Part shown: piece by piece, positions 1 through 7,150 of the stretch
Layout of the letters: each line of letters opens with the position of its first letter
How positions within the stretch are numbered: the first letter of the stretch is position 1
NCBI GenBank assembly: GCA_965214605.1
Contig: OZ243961.1
Location: forward strand, 3,936,001 to 4,000,000
Source of the DNA: an uncultured Candidatus Binatia bacterium
Lineage (GTDB): Bacteria; Desulfobacterota; Binatia; Bin18
Length of the DNA: 64,000 nucleotides
Reading direction: 5' to 3'
Position numbers and translations under genes: made by a program
The notes under the pieces: model-generated
Database searches by the model: none
The model's input: only the letters and a program-made list of their open reading frames with translations
What the model was told of the DNA's origin: nothing

Positions 1-2377
1 TTCCTCCGTATGCTAAAATCTCCAGGATTTCGGTCAGGCGAGTCCGTATAGGACTGGCAAGCACTTCAGGCGCAGCAGCTTTACTGCTCCTGAGCTTCCG
101 TTCAAGAGCTCGCCCTGCCACTGCAAATATTGCAAGCGGGGTGACTCCTAGTGCTTGGGCAAGATCCCAGTCTATGGAATCGAAGCCGCTTCTAACTTCA
201 CGATCTACAATACGGAGAGCGGTATAACGCTCAAGCAAAGCATCCGTCTGGGAGAAGCTGAGATTTTTCTGGCCAAAGAAGCCCTGCAGGGCGCTTGGTA
301 TTGTATCAATATAAAATGCGTCAAACTGCTGGGGACCTATAGGTGGAATCGGCGACTCTGATACTATACAACGCAAACCCAGCAGTTTTCCCAAGCGGAG
401 TCCTATCTCGACGCTCTGCAATATCCGCCTGCCGTCGCGGCTCTCCCTAACTCCTGGACAGATCGACAGAGTAATGGTGTTACCAATGGCTTCGCTCCGT
501 TTTGGAACAGCGAAGCCCCGAGCCTTCTGTGATAGGAGATGTAGCTCTAAGTTGGTGTCCTGCCTGTCTGCGAGACTGTTTTCGGTTGGTAAGAAGAAAG
601 TATCGGGGTCAGCTTTTTGAGCCAGCTCTTCCAAGCTGCTACGAAGGGTCTCCATGTACACCGCTGGCAGGCTGCCTCGAGGAAAGAAGTGTAGGTACAT
701 GCCCTTCGCTCCACCGGAGCGGAACAGCATCTGTTCCAAAAAGAACTGCTCTCTGCAGACAGGACAAATATTACGCTTTGGTTCTCGTTTTACGCCACCC
801 TCGAGTCGATTTGAGAACTGCTGAACAACGATTCCTTTTGGGACTTCTGCACTCATCCAACTTTCAGCCTGAGCCACAGACGCGGAGTAACAGCATTGTT
901 TGTGGTTTTGAGCAACATAGGAGGAAAAATAGGCAGCGAGGTCAGAAGCGGGGCGCGGGGCAAAATCCACGTCGAGAATGTGTCCTAAATAGCTCGTCAG
1001 GAAATCCGGGGGGTCGGAGTTGCCTTTCCCCTGCTTCACGTTCAAATTCACATCCAGAAGACGCGAAAGAATATTTTCTACTTCTTGTTCAAGATTTGAG
1101 TAGGCTTTCTTCAGAGTCCCTGCGACAACAAAAGGTCGGTCGTATAATTTGTCGAAAGGCTCAAAGACAGCTCCATCTATCCCGAGCAAGATGTACAAGG
1201 AGGACCACGGATCATCTTCTCCATTAGTGAGAAGGACTGCCTGTTTTGAGAAGTGGGTTTTAATGAGGTTATATAGTGCTCGGAGCAGTTCCCCTGCACG
1301 CATCAGGTCTTCTGTTTGAGGATAGGATATCCTATGTTCGTTGCAATAGATCTCTATATTTATGGAGCTTTTGCGTTGAAGTCGTCCGGCACATTTCTGT
1401 CGCTCCCCTTCAATCTTACGAGGGTCGAACCGACGTCTGAACACTTGCTTGGTGATTTCGGTGACGATTTCAGGAGCGTCTAATCCGAGGCGAAAGAGAC
1501 TTGGGTCTGTTTTTACCCCATCTTTGGTCAAGGAAACGATCTTGGATAAGTCCTGACTTCGTATCTTTCCTAGAGATCTCTGGACAGCCGCACTCACTTT
1601 TTGGTGAAAGACGGAACGGTCAGGAAGGGAGGCCCCAGAAGGAACGAGATACCACGTTCCTTCTGGGTACAGGAGAACGGCGGTCGCAGTGTATTCTTTT
1701 TCAAGCACTTCTCGGGCGCTGTTGTGGATTATGTTTGAGAGGACCCCACGATGTTCTCCAAGGCGGTAGCTGATTAGACGGTACTGCTTCACCCCAACCG
1801 AATTGATCTCCAAAAGAAATTTATCCTTGAATTTTCGCTCCTCGAAACGTTGAGAGAGATCGGAGATATCCACGGCACGCATGAGAAAGGTGAGGGCTTC
1901 GAGATGAGTCTTGCCGATTCGACTGCCTTCAATTTCTGCCAGCAGGCGTTCCCCTGCAACAGTCGTGTGGCCTCCATGACCCAGGATGAGTTGTTTCAGG
2001 TCTGCAAAGACCTCTTGCCACTCGGGCAGGAATTCTGCCACGCCTGAATCACGAATCACTTGTTCGAGGAAGGCTCGATCATCAACCAACTTGCGTAAAC
2101 TCTTCCCTCCTGGCTCGTATAGTTTGTTCAGATCATGAATGCTAAAGGCAGCCATGAGGAGGCGGATGTCTTCGTCAGAATACTGGAAGAGAGAACCCAA
2201 CGAATGGAGCAAAAGAGACCCTCGGATTAGGTGAGAGTAAAGATCATGCCCTTGTCGTATGCCCGTTTGAGCGGAGGCACGGTACTTTTGCAACTTGCCT
2301 TTCGCAACTGTTTTAAGGTAACGATCAACGATGGACTCTTGCTTATTACTAAGAATCAAGAGAATTTCGTCTGCCAT
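1..2377 (-). CDS. cas10d: Type I-D CRISPR-associated protein Cas10d (Csc3), partial; 3' end runs off the left window edge
   Basis: Not in ORF track (no stop in window). ATG at 2377 with AAGGAG RBS. Manual translation: MADEILLILSNKQ...HDLYSHL...AAFSIHDLNK (HD-type domain)...EHRGVLSNIIHN...LLYPEGTWY...QQFSNRLEGGVKREPKRNICPVC, motifs typical of Cas10d. Frame spot-checked as continuous near 1740, 830 and the edge. Confidence 0.9.
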   Translation of the reverse strand, partial: MADEILLILSNKQESIVDRYLKTVAKGKLQKYRASAQTGIRQGHDLYSHLIRGSLLLHSLGSLFQYSDEDIRLLMAAFSIHDLNKLYEPGGKSLRKLVDDRAFLEQVIRDSGVAEFLPEWQEVFADLKQLILGHGGHTTVAGERLLAEIEGSRIGKTHLEALTFLMRAVDISDLSQRFEERKFKDKFLLEINSVGVKQYRLISYRLGEHRGVLSNIIHNSAREVLEKEYTATAVLLYPEGTWYLVPSGASLPDRSVFHQKVSAAVQRSLGKIRSQDLSKIVSLTKDGVKTDPSLFRLGLDAPEIVTEITKQVFRRRFDPRKIEGERQKCAGRLQRKSSINIEIYCNEHRISYPQTEDLMRAGELLRALYNLIKTHFSKQAVLLTNGEDDPWSSLYILLGIDGAVFEPFDKLYDRPFVVAGTLKKAYSNLEQEVENILSRLLDVNLNVKQGKGNSDPPDFLTSYLGHILDVDFAPRPASDLAAYFSSYVAQNHKQCCYSASVAQAESWMSAEVPKGIVVQQFSNRLEGGVKREPKRNICPVCREQFFLEQMLFRSGGAKGMYLHFFPRGSLPAVYMETLRSSLEELAQKADPDTFFLPTENSLADRQDTNLELHLLSQKARGFAVPKRSEAIGNTITLSICPGVRESRDGRRILQSVEIGLRLGKLLGLRCIVSESPIPPIGPQQFDAFYIDTIPSALQGFFGQKNLSFSQTDALLERYTALRIVDREVRSGFDSIDWDLAQALGVTPLAIFAVAGRALERKLRSSKAAAPEVLASPIRTRLTEILEILAYGG

Positions 2378-2741
2378 GGTTGTCTCCTTGCGGTAAAAAG
2401 AGAGATTGGGTAGTAAAGATTATGAATTGTTGTTCAGTTCTTGAGATTCTTGGTCAAATTCTTGTTCCTGACGATCAATGAGGTCCCGCAGTGAAGAGGC
2501 CTTTTTGCTTTCTCTTTTCGGCTTTCGTCATCTCATCCCTCATGACCCCTTAAAAGATGTTACAGAGGTCACAACTTTCCTGAAAGAGAGTCAATAGGAT
2601 AAAAAAATCTGGCTGGTGTCAATATAGTAGGGAAGGCCCGCTCAACAAAGTCTGTAAGACATTGAAATACAGAGGTTTTTTCTTTCCTAATTTCTCCGTA
2701 GGAGCTTGATTCTCAAGGCAGCTGTGAGCATGCGTCTCTTG

Positions 2742-3722
2742 TTATCCTGGCTCTTGGGTTGGTTGCGAATCGGCATACACTTCCGCCAACCGCTCCGCCG
2801 TCTGTCCTAATTCCTGCCGCAAACTCTCCGGCTCCAAAACTTCTGCCTCAGCTCCCCACTGCAACACCCACCAGCCGACTTCGCGGGGTTCGCTGACCTC
2901 GACCTCAAACAGCAGACTGCCGTCTTGCTCTTCGGTAAGTTCCTGTGAATGGTGCCAGCAGGCTTCACGGATGAACGGTGCAATACGTTTAGCAAAACGT
3001 ACTCGGACCCGTTGAACCGTGTCCCCTACAAACACACTGAAGGCGTGTCGATGCCGCCGGGCAAAGTTATATGCAGGGCGGCGGGTGAAGTGTACCGGCA
3101 GCTGCTGGACCTCGGAAATGCGGTTGACCCGAAAGACCGAGTCCCTTCCGACTTTGGGACTGTAGGCATCAAGATACAGCGCTCGGCGTTTGAAGTAGAC
3201 CTGGTACGGATTGATCGTATGGGTCTTGGCCGTCTCGTCGCTCGGACGGGTATAGACAATCGTCACCTGTCGGCAAGCCTGGACCGCTCGGGTGAGTTCC
3301 TCCAGAATATCTCGTCGGCAGCCAAAGCCCTCCCGAAGCACCACTTCGTTCAAGCATGTGTTGAGGATTTCCCGCTGCCCGCCCTGAGCGTTGACAATCA
3401 TCTTTTTGATTGCTTCCAGAGCGTCATAGGTCAGAACGAAATCGCCCGCTGCCGAGAGCTGACGGACCGCCATGGTCAAGGCCAACATCTCGGTCATGGT
3501 CAGGTCGTAGACAGGGAGGTAGGGCTCTTTATGGATGACAAAGCGGTTTTGTTGCCGAGAGTAGGAGTAGATAAATCCTATTTTTTTGAGGGCTTCCTTG
3601 TCGCGGTAGTACTGGGCTTTTCCTATGCCGAGTGAATTCCACAGGTTCTCCGGCGATTGGTAAGGGTCGGTTTTGACCTTGGTTGCGTGCAGCAATAAAC
3701 GGCTGGATTTGTTTGTATCCAT
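2742..3722 (-). CDS. WYL-domain transcriptional regulator (HTH-WYL-WCX), likely regulator of the cas operon
   Basis: N-terminal HTH (LGIGKAQYYRD), WYL core (INPYQVYFKRRALYLDAY...FRVNRI), WCX tail (WVLQWGAEAEVLEPESLR); directly upstream of cas10d. Confidence 0.93.
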   Translation of the reverse strand: MDTNKSSRLLLHATKVKTDPYQSPENLWNSLGIGKAQYYRDKEALKKIGFIYSYSRQQNRFVIHKEPYLPVYDLTMTEMLALTMAVRQLSAAGDFVLTYDALEAIKKMIVNAQGGQREILNTCLNEVVLREGFGCRRDILEELTRAVQACRQVTIVYTRPSDETAKTHTINPYQVYFKRRALYLDAYSPKVGRDSVFRVNRISEVQQLPVHFTRRPAYNFARRHRHAFSVFVGDTVQRVRVRFAKRIAPFIREACWHHSQELTEEQDGSLLFEVEVSEPREVGWWVLQWGAEAEVLEPESLRQELGQTAERLAEVYADSQPTQEPG

Positions 3723-3730
3723 CGCCTGAC

Positions 3731-3759
3731 ATGCTAGGCAGAGTGGGAAACTCAGTCAA
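3731..3759 (-). promoter_or_regulatory. Sigma70-like promoter of the WYL gene (TTGACT-N17-TAGCAT), probably giving a leaderless or near-leaderless mRNA
   Basis: -35 at 3759-3754, -10 at 3736-3731; ATG 8 nt downstream of the -10 with no SD sequence. Confidence 0.6.
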
Positions 3760-3793
3760 TTAGAAAAAAGGAATCCTGATAAGGAAAATTACG

Positions 3794-3836
3794 CTCAGTC
3801 TCAACCTGGAGAGACTGAGTCTCGAAAAAAAGAGAC
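3794..3836. promoter_or_regulatory. Tandem palindromic operator-like sites GTCTC-N8-GAGAC x2
   Basis: CTCAGTCTC(3794-3802)-N8-GAGACTGAG(3811-3819), then GTCTC(3819-3823)-N8-GAGAC(3832-3836); 21-bp period. Confidence 0.5.
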
Positions 3837-3849
3837 GGGGGCGAGGGCA

Positions 3850-4125
3850 TGGAGCGAATTTTTCCGTCGGTCTCAAAGCGGTTGATGCTCTGCGGCTGGC
3901 GTCGACCGTAGCCAGAGCAGTCGCCTCTTTCTGTACTTGTGATTCTCGCTTCTTGAAACGAGCCGGGGAGATGGATACGAAACGTGCAAAAGTCATGTCC
4001 CCTTATAGAGCTCGTTGTGGAGTTGCATAACGAAGGTCGAGTTCAAGCTTCCGAGTGAAACTACTTGGAAAGCACTTGCTTTGCCCTCAAAAGAGATGGG
4101 GATTTTGGATACCGTGGCTCGTCCC
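3850..4125 (+). pseudogene. Degraded PIN-domain (VapC-like) toxin C-terminus plus remnant of a downstream partner gene
   Basis: Reads VGLKAVDALRLASTVARAVASFCTCDSRFLKRA...KVMSP/(frameshift)IELVVEL, resembling the PIN C-terminal 'DALHLA..A....FxTxD.R.LK' pattern; followed by ITKVEFKLPSETTWKALALPSKEMGILDTVAR. No intact start or N-terminus. Confidence 0.55.
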
Positions 4126-4147
4126 CTCTCCCTCCAGGAGAGAGACG
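4120..4147. repeat. REP-like palindromic hairpin (CCTCTCC...GGAGAG type)
   Basis: CGTCCCCTCTCC-CTCCA-GGAGAGAGACG; related hairpin at 50807-50827. Confidence 0.35.
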
Positions 4148-4213
4148 GAACAAAAGACGTGTGGGGCGGAGCTTGCCAAGCGGACAGACAGGAGAGAACT
4201 GGCAGGGCTACAA

Positions 4214-5047
4214 CTAATCCTTAATCCCCAAGAACCGGTCAATCAACTGCTGCGCTAGGGCGGCTCCGGGTAGGGCGATGCCCACATCATGCCCCAGTTC
4301 TAAGGCTAGGCGTAGGTCTTTATGCATCAGCTGCACCAAGGCGTCCTGGCCGCTGGTATAGGTGTCTTTGAAGCTGCGTTGGGCCAGCCAGTTGTCGGCC
4401 ACGCGGCTTTGCCCGGCACCGGCTTTGACAACTTCTTGGAAGACGTTCGGATCAAGACCGGCGGTTTCGGCCAGCTTTATGCCCTCAGAGGCGGATAACA
4501 TGTTGACGTAGACAATCAAATTATGGGCCAGTTTGGCCACAGCACCCATGCCGAGATCGCCCAAATGAAAAATATTTGCTCCCGAGGTTTCAAACACGGG
4601 GCGACATTTTTCAAACGCGGCCTTATCGCCGCCGACCATATAGCAGAGGGTCTGGGCTTGGGCGCCGCGTTCGCCACCGCTGACCTCGGCATCGATCACG
4701 CTCACCCCGCGGGCCTGGGCCAATTCGGCGACCTTGCGGATCGTGCGGGGATGCACGGTGCTGTGAATCGCAATTACACTACCGGACTGGGCGCCGCTCA
4801 GCACGCCGCCCTCTTCGAGGGTCACGGCTTCGACCTGAGCGTCGTCTACCACAACGAGTTCAATAATCTCGCCGTGGGCGCCGATTTCATGGGCTGAACG
4901 CGCCCTTTTGGCCCCGGCCCTGGCTAGCTCGGACAAGGGTTCTTCGCGCAGATCGTAGACCATCAGGTCGAAACCGGCCTTGGCGACGTTGAGCGCCATG
5001 GGTTTGCCGATATTACCAAGACCAATAAAACCAACACGGGTGGTCAT
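4214..5047 (-). CDS. NAD(P)-dependent oxidoreductase, 3-hydroxyisobutyrate dehydrogenase / tartronate-semialdehyde reductase family
   Basis: GFIGLGNIGKPMA, DAEVSGG, AKLAHN, KDLRLA motifs. Confidence 0.9.
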   Translation of the reverse strand: MTTRVGFIGLGNIGKPMALNVAKAGFDLMVYDLREEPLSELARAGAKRARSAHEIGAHGEIIELVVVDDAQVEAVTLEEGGVLSGAQSGSVIAIHSTVHPRTIRKVAELAQARGVSVIDAEVSGGERGAQAQTLCYMVGGDKAAFEKCRPVFETSGANIFHLGDLGMGAVAKLAHNLIVYVNMLSASEGIKLAETAGLDPNVFQEVVKAGAGQSRVADNWLAQRSFKDTYTSGQDALVQLMHKDLRLALELGHDVGIALPGAALAQQLIDRFLGIKD

Positions 5048-5059
5048 ATGGGTGCTCCT

Positions 5060-6085
5060 CTAGGGGATATGAAAGGTGGTGACGTACTCGTTCTCAAATC
5101 CTTTGAGTTCTAAGCGCTGGTCCAAGGGGTGGAACCGTTCGGCCAGGGCCGGTGTTTCGTGTGTGAGTCGTGCAAGCGCGGCCTGGGTGGCAATAATCCC
5201 GCCAGGCGGGATGTGTTTGAGCAGCCGCGAAGCCAGATTAATACTCGGACCAATTAGGGCGACCGAGCGACGCATAGCAACGCCGATCACGCCAATGATA
5301 ATGTCTCCCAGATTAAGGCTGATGCGGGCCTGGAGAGCTGCCTGGCCGTTCTCGGGCCGAGTCTCTGAGAGGGCTTTGCGGATGGCGAGGGCAGCCTGCA
5401 CGGCCTCGGTCACCGATTCAAAATAGAGCAGCGCCCCGTCGCCCTCGTAGTCTTTGACGTCGCCGCAATACTCCAAGGCAATCTCGGTCACCATAGCCAT
5501 AAAACCTTGGACTAAATCCAGAGCGTGTTCAGGTGGCTGATTGACAATCGTGGAGGTAGAATTGGCAATGTCAACAAAAACAACGGTGAGTTCTTTTCTG
5601 ATCGGCGCGTTGCTCTGGGACAGATAACTCTGAGCCAAACCGGGTAGAAAAGTATGGGCATGACTTGGCGTCTGTACGGCAGACAGTGGCCCGGAAAGGG
5701 CGGCGCTGTGAGGGGGAGAGGTCTGATCCTGATTCAGTGAGACGGTCGGATAGCCGGCCTCTTGCCAGGCTGTGAGGCCGCCCGTCAGAGTAACAACCGA
5801 CCGAAATCCTTCGGCTTGTAACCAGAGCGCCACCCGGGCGCTACTCGCCTCCTCGGGTCAGGTTCAATACAGCGCAATCAGCCCATCCCGGGGCAAGGTA
5901 TGCGCCTGCTGTACGATTTCGGCTATGGGCAGCCAACGCGTATTCGGCAGCTGGACGGGCAAGAACAGGCGCGCATCTGTGGTCCGCACGTCAATCGGAA
6001 CAACCGTCTCTCCGCCAGTCATACGGGCGTACAGCTCCTGGGGACTGATCTGCTGAACATCTGGTGTGTTGGTTTGTATTGCCAT
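5060..6085 (-). CDS. Rhodanese-like domain (predicted Sec-x-Sec motif) fused to a class III adenylate/guanylate cyclase; putative double selenoprotein, 341 aa
   Basis: ORFs 5864..6085 and 5060..5833 share one frame, separated only by TGA (5866-5864), ACC, TGA (5860-5858) and PEEASSAR. Rhodanese motifs IDVRT, YUTUPEEASSAR, LTGGLTAWQEAGYP; cyclase motifs VFVDIANST, EGDG, IGPSINLASRL, LKG. Confidence 0.82.
5826..5842 (-). promoter_or_regulatory. Putative bacterial SECIS hairpin
   Basis: mRNA AGCGCC-CGGGU-GGCGCU; loop begins 27 and 21 nt after the first and second UGA, with G at loop position 2. Confidence 0.6.
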
Positions 6086-6144
6086 CGGACATTTCTCCCT
6101 GCCAGCCCAGTCTTATCTCTTCCTGGAGGTGTGGCAAGCACAGT

Positions 6145-7128
6145 TTACTGAGCAAACGTGTCAACCAGGGTTTGTAGGTCGCCCGGGGTAAGACGGCTGG
6201 TTGGCGGAGCAGCAACCACGGCCAAGCTCAGCCCCGCCTGAGTGAAAGCGTTGAGTTGGGCGTGACACTCCTCAGCCGTGCCAAAGATGTACAGGTCTTC
6301 CACCATCGTATCAGGGATGGCAGCTTGGGCTTGGGCTCGGTCTCCGGCTTTCCAGTAGGCGTGGACTTGGTCGAGGATCTCGCCATAGCCAAAGCGCCGA
6401 AACCCCTGAATATAGGTGTTGGCCTGACAATAACCGACTAAGATACGCCGCAGCTGTTCGAGTGCCCGCTCACGATCGTCGGTCACCATAGTATGGATGT
6501 AACAGCCGACGTCGATCTCTTCCACACTCCGCCCGGCGCGGTGGGCGCCCTTGGCGATTTCGGCCAGTGAGTGTGAGACTTGCCGGGCCGGCAGCCAGGC
6601 CAGTTGAACGCCGTCTGCAATCTCTCCAGCCAGTTGCAGCATCTTGGGATTCACCGCTGCCAGATAGATGGGTAGCTGGTGTGGAGCCGGGACGCTCAAC
6701 TGAAACCCTTGGGGCCGATAAAATCGTCCCTCATAGCTGACGCGTTCTCCGGCCAGAAGCCGGCGCAGCAGGGCGACGTACTCACGCGTCCGGGCCAGCG
6801 GAAAGTCCCAGGCGAGACCGTGGAATGTATTGATGTTGCGGGTACTGACCCCTAGGCCGAGCCGGGCCCGACCTGGCGCAATCAGGTCGAGGGTGGCGGC
6901 CTGCATCGCGGTCAGGGTCGGTGGGCGCAGATAAAGGGAGACAATCCCCGTGCCGATATGGATGCGCTGACTACGGGCCAATAGCGCACCAACCATGGTA
7001 CAGGTTTCGGTTCCCCAGGCTTCACCGACCCATACGCTGTCAAAATTGGCCGATTCTGCCCGCTGGACAATCTTGGTACAGGTGTCCATCGCCATACCGA
7101 GCGGGGGTAGTCCAAGTCCCATGCGCAT
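6145..7128 (-). CDS. LLM-class (luciferase-like) flavin/F420-dependent oxidoreductase
   Basis: FDSVWVGE, GRARLGLGVS, PIYLAAVNPKMLQLAGEIADG motifs; start placed at MRMGLG. Confidence 0.9.
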   Translation of the reverse strand: MRMGLGLPPLGMAMDTCTKIVQRAESANFDSVWVGEAWGTETCTMVGALLARSQRIHIGTGIVSLYLRPPTLTAMQAATLDLIAPGRARLGLGVSTRNINTFHGLAWDFPLARTREYVALLRRLLAGERVSYEGRFYRPQGFQLSVPAPHQLPIYLAAVNPKMLQLAGEIADGVQLAWLPARQVSHSLAEIAKGAHRAGRSVEEIDVGCYIHTMVTDDRERALEQLRRILVGYCQANTYIQGFRRFGYGEILDQVHAYWKAGDRAQAQAAIPDTMVEDLYIFGTAEECHAQLNAFTQAGLSLAVVAAPPTSRLTPGDLQTLVDTFAQ

Positions 7129-7150
7129 CGTGTGTTTCCTTTCAGCGAGC

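Noticed and set aside
155-2413. Plus-strand ORFs (e.g. 502..1227) and the short minus ORF 1789..1977
   Set aside because: Shadow ORFs of the long minus-strand cas10d frame.
2378-4213. Searched for a CRISPR array or mini-array around cas10d and WYL
   Set aside because: No 25-40 nt direct repeats with spacers found; only short CAAGAA repeats and palindromes.
5060-6085. Reading the locus as a pseudogene or as two separate genes (73 aa + 257 aa)
   Set aside because: Both stops are TGA at the Cys positions of the rhodanese motif, the frame is preserved, the split would cut the domain in half, and a SECIS-like hairpin follows.
2742-6085. Functional link between the cyclase and the CRISPR locus (Pycsar or type III-like signalling)
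   Set aside because: The cyclase lies in a host-GC metabolic gene run, no cNMP-binding effector is adjacent, and type I-D systems are not known to use such messengers; proximity alone is insufficient.
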